DNA of 63,686 nucleotides, the filler included, from Octopus bimaculoides (lineage: Eukaryota): NCBI RefSeq assembly GCF_001194135.2. It is 7 parts of 6 records of this genome, joined end to end, with 100 filler letters (N's around TTAATTAATTAA, not from the genome) between each part and the next. Parts side by side here need not be neighbours in the genome. Positions count along the whole stretch, not along the records: positions 16,963 to 47,155 come from NC_069008.1; 6 more parts are not named here. The stretch is one strand, 5' to 3'. Below, piece by piece: positions 25,042 to 37,520 of the stretch (its first letter is position 1; each line of letters starts with the position of its first letter). Below the pieces are notes generated by a model. It searched no databases and was not told the DNA's origin. It saw only the letters and a list, made by a program, of their open reading frames with translations. Both the position numbers and the translations under genes were made by a program.

Positions 25042-25393
25042 GTAGCTGTGAGGTAAGTAGCTTGCTTACCAACCACATGTCCATGGGTTCAGTTCCACTG
25101 CGTGACACCTTGAGCAAGTGTCTTTTACTATAGCCTTGTGCTGACCAAAGCCGTGTGTGTGGATTTGGTAGGTGGAAACTGAAAGAAGCCCGTCGGTATA
25201 TGTATATATATATAGAGAGAGAGAGACCGATATATATATATATGTATGTGTGTGTGTGTGTGTGTGTGTGTTTGTTTATGTCTGTGTCCCCCCATCATCG
25301 CCTCACAACCGATGCTGGTGTCTTTATGTCTGCGTCACTTAGCGGTTCGGCAAGAGAGACCGATAGAGTAAGTACTAGGTTACAAAGAATAAG
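25042..25393 (+). mobile_element. SINE family C, 3'-truncated
   Basis: Aligns with 20980-21411 up to GAATAAG. Confidence 0.85.
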
Positions 25394-25578
25394 CCTGCTC
25401 GTGAAATCAACGTGCAAGTGGCTGAGCACTCCGCAGACACGTGTACCCTTAACGTAGTTCTCGGGGGATATTCAGCGTGACAAGGCTGACCCTTTGAATT
25501 ACAGGCACAACAGAAACAGGAAGTAAGAGTGAGAGAAAGTTGTGGTGGAAGAGAGCAGCAGGGTTCGCCACCATCCCC
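25394..25578 (-). mobile_element. SINE family A body fragment
   Basis: Reverse complement of about 6510-6712. Confidence 0.88.
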
Positions 25579-26405
25579 NNNNNNNNNNNNNNNNNNNNNN
25601 NNNNNNNNNNNNNNNNNNNNNNNNNNNNNNNNNNNNNNNNNNNNNNNNNNNNNNNNNNNNNNNNNNNNNNNNNNNNNNNNNNNNNNNNNNNNNNNNNNNN
25701 NNNNNNNNNNNNNNNNNNNNNNNNNNNNNNNNNNNNNNNNNNNNNNNNNNNNNNNNNNNNNNNNNNNNNNNNNNNNNNNNNNNNNNNNNNNNNNNNNNNN
25801 NNNNNNNNNNNNNNNNNNNNNNNNNNNNNNNNNNNNNNNNNNNNNNNNNNNNNNNNNNNNNNNNNNNNNNNNNNNNNNNNNNNNNNNNNNNNNNNNNNNN
25901 NNNNNNNNNNNNNNNNNNNNNNNNNNNNNNNNNNNNNNNNNNNNNNNNNNNNNNNNNNNNNNNNNNNNNNNNNNNNNNNNNNNNNNNNNNNNNNNNNNNN
26001 NNNNNNNNNNNNNNNNNNNNNNNNNNNNNNNNNNNNNNNNNNNNNNNNNNNNNNNNNNNNNNNNNNNNNNNNNNNNNNGTATTTCGCAGAAAATGCGATT
26101 GTTTGGGGGTGAAACTTAGTCTACTTAGGAACATTCTGCTCAACATGGCTCACTGTAGCGTAGTGTTGTGTGCTCTGGAGTAAAGCAATCTGAATTAGAT
26201 ATGACCAGAGAAGATAAAGAGATGGGGGTGACAGCACGGAAGGCCACAGTCCCCCGGGACCCACGAAGGGTAAAGCTGAAAGTAGCCAAAGAATCGACAG
26301 GCAGACAGACAGATACTTCACTAGCAGTGAGCACTTTCACTTCTGACAGCTAATAGCATGACAGTGCCCGTACGATCAATCGATGGATAGGTGTGTATAT
26401 CTTAC

Positions 26406-26700
26406 CTGTAATGCTATACAAATCGATATTTAGCGTGAAAACATTTCCTCACACGAAATCTCCGTGAAGACATACAAAAACACGTAACGGCAGCTTCTAG
26501 AGGAAACGGAAGTAGGGTGTGTCATGTGACAAAAGTAAATCCACCGCTCTCTAGTTAATGAAACCAAAAGTGTTAATATTTTGATACGAATCACCATGGT
26601 TACTGTGGTTAACATCTGGCTCTGATAAACGAATCTTCATTATTGTCTCCATCGGCCGTGGTGGTGATCTTCTAAAAGATATGTTTTATACTTCATTCTG
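26406..26700 (-). promoter_or_regulatory. Putative promoter and non-coding exon 1 for ZF2 (P2), with conserved upstream block
   Basis: CAG|GTAAG donor (GT at 26404-26405), GGAAACGGAAGT, GTCATGTGAC at 26521-26530. Confidence 0.65.
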
Positions 26701-26712
26701 AATAACATTGCT

Positions 26713-26805
26713 TAAGGCGGCGATCTGGCAGAATCGGTAGCGCGCTGGACGGAATGCTTCGCGGTATTCCGCCCGTCTCTACGTTCTGAGTTCAAATTCC
26801 ACCGA
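26713..26805 (+). mobile_element. SINE family B head, co-duplicated upstream of the promoter module
   Basis: AAGGCGGCGATCTGGCAGAATCG..GTTCTGAGTTCAAATTCC; same relative position at ~33443 and ~43255. Confidence 0.8.
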
Positions 26806-28757
26806 TGAAATAAATATCACTGAAATATCTCGAATACGCGTATCATCATCATCATCATCATTTAATAACGGTAATCCATGCTGTTATGGGTCGGACGGTA
26901 CAGGAACTAAATACCAGCCGTGAGGCTGCACCAGACACCAAAGACTTCTACAAAGATTCCGTTATCTAAATCCAGTCACAGGGTTTCAGACGGCCCAGAT
27001 CTACAGTTGAAGACACATTTCCAAAGTGCAACGCAAATGAACTGAAACCCAAACGTCTTAAACACACAGACTCGAGTTTAATGTCCCGAAAGGAAGATTT
27101 TCAAAATATTGCAGTGTTAAGTTATCTCCCTTACCGGTTTCACTCTGTGATAATCATATTTTCTTTCTTTTTATTTGTCTTGCTCGCTTTACGGTCTGGC
27201 GTTTGCCGAATTTTCTTGAGAACAATTTTTCTTAGTGGTCAGACCATATGGGGTCTACATTTAGCATATTAGGAGTCCCCCTAGTGGTCATTCCTTTTCA
27301 TATGTATGCAATATGAATCTTCAAAATTCTAGGCAACTTACCCTTATTTAAATTTATATATATGTATAAATATATATATACACACACACACACACATATA
27401 TATATATTATATATATATAATTAAATATACGAATACAATTGACAGTCCAATAATTTATTTATAACATAATATACTATGAATATAACAAACAATTATTAAA
27501 AAACGAAAAGAGCCCACAATTTTTTCGACTTATATAGACTTTTTGATAAATAAACAATTCAATTCCCATATCTAAGTCTCAATTGTATCTCTCTCTTTAA
27601 TTTTATCTTTCTAATTTGCATCAAACCCATATTTATGTGGTTTTCAACTGACGTTGCAGTAAGCTGGATGTTTTACACCCATTTGAAGGAATTCTTTTCT
27701 CTAGTTTCTACAAAGATTCTGTTATCCAAGTCCAATCCCGAGGCTTTAGATGTCCCAGGTCTACAGTTGAAGACACTTCTCCAAAGTGCCATCCAGTTAG
27801 ACTGAAGCTGAAAGGAAATGTTTTGAACACACAAACTCGAGATTAATGTCCTGAAAGGAAGATTTAATTCTTACAAATCTGAAAATTAATTGAACATTAT
27901 TACAAATAAATAAATAAATATATACATTTACTGTAAAATGTACTCACAGTTATGGCAAATAGTATAGGTAGACATCAACGATACACTAATTATAAAAAGA
28001 TACATTAATTATGAGAAAATGTATTCATTATAAAATGAACTTACAGTTACAATAGATAGTAGAGTAGATGAATATCGAATATTTAAACAAATCTTTTTAA
28101 ATTCAAGAAAGAAAGCGATGATACAGTTGGTAGGGGGAGACTAGAAGAGAGAGAGAGAGATGACAAAGTGGTGGAGGGAAAGGGATTGTAGTGTGTGATG
28201 AGGAGTAGTNNNNNNNNNNNNNNNNNNNNNNNNNNNNNNNNNNNNNNNNNNNNNNNNNNNNNNNNNNNNNNNNNNNNNNNNNNNNNNNNNNNNNNNNNNN
28301 NNNNNNNNNNNNNNNNNNNNNNNNNNNNNNNNNNNNNNNNNNNNNNNNNNNNNNNNNNNNNNAATTAATACACACACTAATGAGTGACAGTCCAGGTGAA
28401 ATGAGGGGATTCCACTGCGATGAATGTCTGTCTTGGAATTGGTTTCATGTATTTTGAACACCATCACCATCACAGAATTTCTAAGGTCTTCCAAACAATA
28501 TCAGTGGTATAGATATCCACCAGAGAAAAATCTCTGTGAATATTTAAAGAGCAACAGTATTGAATCACCAATTTAGATTTAGAAGAAGATCAGGATGATC
28601 TACTGAAGTCTTTGGATTATGATTCCCAGCCATCTTCTCCTCCAAAATTTCTCCAGTCTCCATAAATTTGGTAAAGATGTCATTGCAGAAATTATTACAC
28701 AAAGGTTACGCCATGATTTAGCAGGGGAAACGGTTTTAAATTTTAACAATGATACAA

Positions 28758-29957
28758 TCACACTTTTACATGGATAGATGCATGTCTAGTTAACTGACTT
28801 CTCTGTGAGAATGATTTACCACAGAAATCACAGTGATATGGTCTCTCTCCTGTATGAATACGTTTGTGTGTGGTAAAGCACGCGTTGTCAGTGAAAGATT
28901 TATCACAGACATCACAGTGATATGGTTTCTCTCCTGTGTGAATACGTTTGTGTGTAGTTAAGGCATTGTTGTGAGAAAAAGATTTACCACAGGTATCACA
29001 GTGAAAAGGCTTCTCACCTGTATGAATACGTTTGTGTCTTCTTAACCGAGAATTTTCAGCGAATGCCTTTCCACAGATATCACAGTGGTATGGTCTCTCT
29101 CCTGTATGTATAAATTTGTGTGTAGCTAAGCCACTACTTTGCAAAAATGATTTACCACAGAAATCGCAGTGATATGGTCTCTCTCCTGTATGAATGCGTT
29201 TGTGATTAGTTAAGTGAGTGTTTTGAGAGAATGATTTACCACAGATATCACAATGATGTGGTCTCTCTCCTGTGTGAATACGTCTGTGTCTTCTGAACTG
29301 AGAATTTTCAGCGAATGCCTTACCACAGATATCACAGTGGTATGGTCTCTCTCCTGTATGTGTAAATTTGTGTGTAGTTAAGGCACTACTTTGCAAAAAT
29401 GATTTACCACAGATATCACAGTGGTATGCTCCCTCTCCTGTATGAATGCGTTTGTGATTAGTTAGGGTACTGTTTTTAGAGAATGATTTACCACAGATCT
29501 CACAGTGGTATGGTCTCTTTCCTGTGTGAATATGTATGTGATTAGTTAAGGAAACCGCTTGAGAGAATGATTTACCACAGGTAACACAGTGAAATGGTTT
29601 TTCTCCTGTATGAATACGTATGTGTTTAGTTAAGTTACTGTTTTGAAAGAATGATTTACCACAGATATCACAGTGATGTGGTCTCACTTCAGTGTGAATA
29701 CGTTTATGTTTAGTTAAGTTAGTTTTTGCAGAGAATGATTTACCACAGGTAACACAGTGAAATGGTTTCTCTCCTGTGTGAGTTCGTCTGTGGTTAATTA
29801 ACGCACCTTTTTGAGAGAATGATTTACCACAGGTGTCACAGTGAAAGGGCTTCTCACCTGTATGAACATGAATGTGATTAACTAACTTACTATTTGTTGA
29901 GAATGATTTACCACAGATTTCACAACAATGTTGTGATTTTCCCAATTCTTTTGACAT
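28758..29957 (-). CDS. C2H2 zinc-finger protein ZF3, 14 fingers, 399 aa
   Basis: Intact ORF MSKELGK...HASIHVKV*; acceptor AG at 30384-30385. Confidence 0.93.
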   Translation of the reverse strand: MSKELGKSQHCCEICGKSFSTNSKLVNHIHVHTGEKPFHCDTCGKSFSQKGALINHRRTHTGEKPFHCVTCGKSFSAKTNLTKHKRIHTEVRPHHCDICGKSFFQNSNLTKHIRIHTGEKPFHCVTCGKSFSQAVSLTNHIHIHTGKRPYHCEICGKSFSKNSTLTNHKRIHTGEGAYHCDICGKSFLQSSALTTHKFTHTGERPYHCDICGKAFAENSQFRRHRRIHTGERPHHCDICGKSFSQNTHLTNHKRIHTGERPYHCDFCGKSFLQSSGLATHKFIHTGERPYHCDICGKAFAENSRLRRHKRIHTGEKPFHCDTCGKSFSHNNALTTHKRIHTGEKPYHCDVCDKSFTDNACFTTHKRIHTGERPYHCDFCGKSFSQRSQLTRHASIHVKV

Positions 29958-30554
29958 TTCTCTGAGGGATACAAACAGACCCAACCATTGAAGTTTCTCA
30001 CAGTATTAAATTTTTCCCTTATATTTCTTCTCTCACCAAAGCATGCAATTTCCTTTCTCTTCTTCTTGTTATAATTTATTCCCCAGAAATATTTCAACTG
30101 CTATCAACTGTGATTTTATTGATATCTAAAATTCTGCAAACTTCTTTGCAATTATATTCAAGTTTAATTAGAATGCAAAAACACCAGATAATGAGATGCA
30201 GAAATGGTGCTATGAATCTTCGTTCAGAGCAAATATTTCACAGTAATTCCAGTCTAGATTTATAGCAGTTAGGTTATTATATTTGTTCTCTAAAACATTT
30301 TCTTTTAGTCTTTAGAACATGGTAAATATTCCAAATGTCTCCAATGTTAAAAAAGTTATTTTGTGCCAAAGTCATCCATTAATCTGAAATAATAAAGAAA
30401 CAGTATTAGACATAGAGGAGAGATCAAAATGGAAATGTTGCAACATTTCTATATTGATTAACAAATGACATCATATAACTTTGGGTGAAACCTAAAAATT
30501 TGTAAACTACAACTACACCTTCACATTGTGTAACATTAAATACATATATATTAT

Positions 30555-31050
30555 GTGTGAGTATCATGTAAAAAAACACCATCTGAGTGTTGGGCCTCAT
30601 GGGGGCAACATGGCCAGTGTATGTGTCACATAACTGGCACCTGTGCAAATGGGCCATCTGTGAATCGCCTGGCCTCAAGGAGGCAATGTGTCCGATACCA
30701 TTGCCGTGTGGGTGGCACATAAAAAGTACCTTTGGAGTGCTGGGCCTCACATAAGCTGGCGCTTAAGAGGCACCTTTGGAGTATTGGTCCACACGGAAGG
30801 AATGACATATGACAAAGATCTTTAGCAATATGATGTGCTTGAGAAGAAGATCCATGAAGCCAAGTGAAATCAAAGTCATGGCAGATATCGGTTTCACTCA
30901 ACTGGTACCCATAAACAAGCATTAAGAAGGGCATCCAGCTGCAGAAACCATGCCAAATCTGACTGGAGTCTGGTGCAGCCCCCTCATCTTACCAGCCTTG
31001 GTCAAACCATCCGCCCATGGACAACAGACATCAAATGACGATGATAATGA
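30555..31050 (+). mobile_element. RTE-type LINE 3' end (non-coding tail)
   Basis: AAGAAGGGCATCCAGCTG motif and (GAT)n tail; homologous to the tail attached to the RTE C-terminus at 39477-40135. Confidence 0.7.
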
Positions 31051-31062
31051 TATATTTATATA

Positions 31063-31404
31063 CAGGAGTGGCTGTGTTGTAAGTAGCTTGCTTAGCAACC
31101 ACATGGTTCCGGGTTCAGTCCCATCGCATGGCACCTTGGGCAAGTGTCTTCTACTATAGCCTCAGGCCGACCAAGAGCTTTTGAGTGGATTTGGTAGATG
31201 GAAACTGAAAGAAGCCCGTCGTATATATGTATATGTGTGTCAACCAATGCTGGTGTGTTTACGTCCCCGTAACTTAGCGGTTCGGCCTAAGAGACTGACA
31301 GAATAAGTACTAGGCTTACAAGGAATAAGTCCTGGAGGCGATTTGTTCGACTAAAGGCAGTGCTCCAGCATGGCCGCAATCAAATGACTGAAACAAGTAA
31401 AGGA
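31063..31404 (+). mobile_element. SINE family C, near full length
   Basis: CAGGAGTGGCTGTG head through CAGCATGGCCGCAATCAAATGACTGAAAC. A further partial copy lies at ~31590-31815. Confidence 0.88.
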
Positions 31405-31885
31405 ATATATATACATGTTGAAGTTCAGAATAGCTGACAACAAAATACTTCTTTCATAAAAAATAATGCCACTGCTATTTACCACTGGATCAGTAAAGAC
31501 TGAGCACATTTATGATGAAAGACACCCCATCCATGACCATCCTGTCTTCCTTTCTGACATTATGTATCCGGGATTACAACACAAGTATCTTCTATTACAG
31601 CCTCAGGCCAACAAAAGTCTTCTGAATGGATGGAAACTGAAAGAAGCCTGTTGTATATATATATTTATGTGTGTGTGTGTATTTGTCCCCTCACCATCGC
31701 TTGACAACATCTGCTAGCGCGTTTCTGTCTCCATAACTTAGCGGTTCAGCAATAGAATAAGTACTAGGCTTACAAAGAATAAGTCCTGGGGGTCAATGCT
31801 CCAACATGGCTGCAGTGATTTTGCAGGGAAAATGGCTTTTGAGTGGGGGAGAGAGGTAGATTAATACACAAACTGATAAGTGACA

Positions 31886-32381
31886 ATACAGTTCTATATT
31901 TAAGAGATGGTGAATTATGTACATTATTTATATTATGTACATTTGACAGATATTTGTCTTCATCTTGTTTGTTTTTAACACAATGTTTCGGCTGATGTAC
32001 CCTCTTGGGGAAATTTCAAACCTGGGTTTCTCATTTCTAAGGTATCCTCGGAATCCTGGGGTTAGTAGCCCACGCTCTTAACCACTAAGCCATATGCCTG
32101 AGTGCAATTATGGAGTGAATTTTTAGGGCTTATGAATCTAATATTTTTCTATCCTTCATTAATACTGGTTCTCATATGCTATTCATATGGGAACTGGTAT
32201 TAATGACACATGAATAATAATAATAATAATAACAATAATATCAAAAATACCTTAGGAATGAGAACCTAGGTTCGAAACTTCCCCAAGACACCTGATGAAG
32301 GCAGGAGGGTATATCAGCCGAAACGTTGTGTTAACAACAAACAAGATGAGGACAAATATCCGTCAAACGTAAATAATGTAG
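31886..32381. mobile_element. Head-to-head inverted composite element (tRNA-like head plus hammerhead module) with 9-bp TSD
   Basis: ~31920-32048 is the reverse complement of ~32248-32380; TSD TAAGTGACA at 31877-31885 and 32382-32390; empty paralogous site at 28363-28460. Confidence 0.85.
32287..32332 (+). ncRNA. Minimal type I hammerhead ribozyme motif (Penelope/retrozyme-like)
   Basis: Stem I GACAC/GTGTT; core CTGATGA; one extra A; stem II GGCAG/CAGCC with one mismatch; GAAA; palindromic stem III ACGT; predicted cleavage triplet GUU. Confidence 0.65.
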
Positions 32382-33113
32382 TAAGTGACAGTCCAGGGGG
32401 AAAAGAGGGGATTCCATTGAGATGAATGTCTGTCTTGGAATTGGTTTCATGTATTTTGAACAACACAAGAGACTTTGAAGTACAGGTGCTACTCATTTTT
32501 CCCAGTTGAGTGAACTGGAGCAATGTGAAGTTAGGGTTAGGGAATTCCGTCCCTAACCGTAACCCAACACCCTAGTGAAGATCGTGTGGGTGTTAATCTG
32601 AGAAATTTACCGAAATTTCTCCGTTTTGACAGGGATTTTTCATATCCATTTTTTTTACGTTGCCCTTCGAAATGATCTGAAGTATCTTTTTAACAAAATA
32701 ATTTTTCGAAACATTAATACAATCTAAACTTTGAATTGATTTTACGGACATAAAATAGGAAATTATCCCGTGTTGTCTTTAGAGTATGTCATTAGATCTG
32801 TTCTTTGGTGAAACTTAGTCTACTTAGGAACATTCTGCTCAACATGGCTCACTGAAGCGTAGTGTTGTGTGCTCTGGAGTAAAGCAATCTGAATTAGATA
32901 TGACCAGAGAAGATAAAGAGAGCGGGAGGCGGCACAGAAGGCCACAGTCCCCCGGGACCCACAAAGTGTAAAGCTGAAAACCTGATCATCTTCAGGGACA
33001 GGAAGGGCGGAGCCGAATACTCAATACACGGTATAAGTATTCCCGGATTTCTGGAAGCCAGATAAGAGATCCGGCACGTACGATCAATGGATGGATAGGT
33101 GTGTATATCTTAC

Positions 33114-33430
33114 CTGTTATGCTACACAAATCGATATTTAGTGGGAAAATATATTCAATCACACCAAATCTCCGTGGAAACATACAGAAACACGTTATTG
33201 TTTATTCTCCCGAGTCAAGCAGATTCTAGCGGAAACGGAAGTAGGGTGTGTCATGTGACAAAAGTAAACTCACCGCTCTCTAGTAAGTAAAACCAAAAGT
33301 GTTAATATTATGATGCAAATCACCATGGTTACTGTGGTTAACATCTGGCTCTGATAAACGAATCTTCGTTATTGTCTCCATCGGCCGTGGTGGTGATCTT
33401 CTAAAAGATATATTTGATATTTCATTCTGA
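33114..33430 (-). promoter_or_regulatory. Putative promoter and non-coding exon 1 for ZF3 (P3)
   Basis: CAG|GTAAG donor (GT at 33112-33113), CGGAAACGGAAGT, GTCATGTGAC 33250-33259, octamer ATGCAAAT 33313-33320. Confidence 0.65.
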
Positions 33431-33442
33431 ATAACATTGCTT

Positions 33443-33615
33443 AAAACGGCGATCTGGCAGAATCGGTAGCGCACTGGACGGAATGTTTAGTGGTATTTCT
33501 CCCATCGTTATGTTCTGAGTTCAAATTCCGCCGTAGTCCAGTTATCCTTTCGGAGTCGATAAAATAAGTACAACTGAAACACTGGGGTCGGTGTAATCGA
33601 TTCATCACCTCCGTC
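33443..33615 (+). mobile_element. SINE family B, degenerate
   Basis: GGCGATCTGGCAGAATC..GTTCTGAGTTCAAATTCCGCC..CACTGGGGTCG. Confidence 0.8.
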
Positions 33616-34858
33616 GAAACCGCTGCCTTTATGATTGACGTTGCTAACTTTATATTCATTGCCACCAGTCTCTTAAATTCTCACCGAGATATATTTAAAA
33701 CACACAAGCTCTCACTCCTTTCAGACATCGAAGTCAATGGGAAATTGATCTCCCGTGTGAAATGCGTGTTCTGGCAAGACTTAGTGAATGTTGGTGGGAA
33801 TAATTCAATGTAGAAATATGAGAATAGAGACGTTGAAAAGGGGCCACTTGTCCACTTTATACGAATCAAATAAAATCTGCCGTATTGCAGGTGTAAAAAT
33901 TTTGGATCTGTGACAGACCGGACAAGACCGTAACTGAATATATTCGTAATCTCCGACATCTAACGCATAAGAAATTGAAGGAACTTTTTCGAAAAAAAAA
34001 ATGCTCTGCATTAGCCCCCAACTTTGCATAAATCAAATCTGCCGAATGGAAGAGGTTTTTCATTGGTTTAAATGATGTTGGGTACTTTTCACTTATGTTA
34101 TGCAAACGAGGGGAAATTATCCTAATTAATTATGGGATCAGTAATTTTAATAAATAGACATACGATAAAAATCCTTCTATCGATATTACATAATGGTAGG
34201 GGATATTTGGCTGCTATTTTAGCAGATTCAATGACCATGTCGAGACCTCCCTGTTGATTCAGTGTTCGTAATTCGTCGAATTATCTCCCTTCGCATGATT
34301 GTTGCCTACCCATCTACAAAATTCTTCACTTTCAACTACTAGAATGTTCTGGGAAACTCCCTTACAAAAGTAGCTCTCAAACCTACAGGTTTTCTCTTAG
34401 TCTTTCTTCACTTAGAGCCATTCACGTCTCTGCTGTGTCGTATCCTTTTCTTCTCTCATTATTACATTTCTGCTTTTCCTGCAAAGACTACCTGATTCTG
34501 CTAATTTGATAAGCATTTTACCTGACATGTTAACAATTCTGCCAGCTTACCACATTATTTACCAACGACATTGAATATAACAACAGTATCTTTCCTATAT
34601 CCTGCAAGTATGTTATATGGAATAGATATGTTATCTTTTGACTTATAAAAAGTGGCTGAAGTAGTTGACATAAGGAAGGACATCTGGCTGTAAAGAAATA
34701 TCTCAAAAAGGGTAACCATGAGGAGTATGGTTACTGTCAGGGGGTCAAAGATTACTGTTAAGGGCACAAAGGTTACACCATGATTTAGCAGGGGAAAAGG
34801 TCTTAAAATATTGGTTGTTGCTGGGTGTTCTAATGAATTTTGATAATTGTGCAATCTA

Positions 34859-36027
<1,169 letters not shown>

Positions 36028-36300
36028 TTCTCTGAGGGATAATAGGTTTATTATATCTGTTCTCTAAAACATTTTCCTTTAGTCTCTAAACCAGGATGAA
36101 TGTTCCAATGTTAAAAAAGTTGTTTTGTGCCAATGTCATCCATTAATCTGAAATAATAAAGAAACAGAATTAGATATAGAGGAGAGATTAAAATGGAAAT
36201 GTTACAATATTTCTTTATTGATTAACAAAAGACATCAAATAACATTGGGCGAAATCTAAAAATCTGTAAACTACAACTTCATTTTTTGCAACATTACATA

Positions 36301-36332
<32 letters not shown>

Positions 36333-36339
36333 TAGACAA

Positions 36340-36800
36340 AATGAGATAACAAAGCAAAGTCTGTGAGGAGTTTACAGTACATTTATGAGGAAAAAGATAT
36401 AGATGTAGCCTTACAGCTGTTTCTGGGATATTATGGATATCCCTTCATCAGAGATGACGAAAGATGGTTAAATAGAAGTAAATATTTGAGTTCGAAATAA
36501 GGAATTATTTTGGAAAAGGAGGAGATAGGGAATATAGAGGGAAGTAAAATATATATGGATATTGTAATTGCAGTTCCATTATGCAAGGAAAGTGGGGTAT
36601 AGAAATGGTAAAAATGTCTCCTATACATGGTAGTTCATGTTTAGCTATTTGAAAGTATGGAGCCATGGATTCTGTGTTGTTCATTCAAAAGGGTCTTGTG
36701 GTGTGAATGAAAACTTGAGAGTGTATTGGTATTTATTTGTGGATAGATGGTGGGGAAGGGTGTGTCTGAGTCGAATGAGGAGGAAGGTCAAAATGAAAAC
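36340..36800 (-). mobile_element. Probable Penelope-like 3' fragment (degenerate ORF end plus hammerhead-bearing UTR)
   Basis: Weak similarity of HTLPHHLSTN..KFSFTPQDPF to PLE endonuclease C-termini, followed by a hammerhead motif. Confidence 0.5.
36407..36456 (-). ncRNA. Type I hammerhead ribozyme motif
   Basis: Minus strand CATCT-CTGATGA-A-GGGATAT-CCATA-ATATCCC-A-GAAA-CAGCTG-TA-AGGCT: perfect 7-bp stem II, palindromic stem III ACAGCTGT, GUA triplet; stem I only 3 bp. Confidence 0.62.
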
Positions 36801-36906
36801 AGGGAGAGAAAATGGGAGGAAGAAAGAGTGACAGACATGCTCACAATTCTGCCAGCTTGCTACCTTATTTAGCAAAGACATTAAATATAACAACAATATA
36901 TTCGCT

Positions 36907-37149
36907 GCCAGTGCCCCTGGACTGGCTTGTGCGGGTGGCACATAAAAGACACCATTTCGAGCGTGGCCGTTTTCGTGCGGGTGACACGTAAAAGCACCCA
37001 CTACACTCTCTGAGTGGTTGGCGTTAGGAAGGGCATCCAGCTGTAGAAACTCTGCCAAATCAGACTGGAGCCTGGTGTTGCCATCCGGTTTCACCAGTCC
37101 TCAGTCAAATCGTCCAACCCATGCTAGCATGGAAAGCGGACGTTAAACG
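36907..37149 (+). mobile_element. RTE-type 3' tail element
   Basis: GGCGTTAGGAAGGGCATCCAGCTGTAGAAAC..GGAAAGCGGACGTTAAACG; it interrupts sequence homologous to 34535-34620. Confidence 0.8.
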
Positions 37150-37520
37150 TTGAAGTATGTTATATGCAGTATATCCAGGAGCATGTTTATACTTCAAACA
37201 TCACAATATGTTATCTTGCCAATGCAGGTTATAACNNNNNNNNNNNNNNNNNNNNNNNNNNNNNNNNNNNNNNNNNNNNNNNNNNNNNNNNNNNNNNNNN
37301 NNNNNNNNNNNNNNNNNNNNNNNNNNNNNNNNNNNNNNNNNNNNNNNNNNNNNNNNNNNNNNNNNNNNNNNNNNNNNNNNNNNNNNNNNNNNNNNNNNNN
37401 NNNNNNNNNNNNNNNNNGGGGTCAATGATTTTGTTAAGGGCACAAAGGTTAAGCCGTGATTTGACAGGAGAAACGGATTTGAAATATTGAGTGTTCTAAT
37501 GAATTTTAACAATGATAGAA

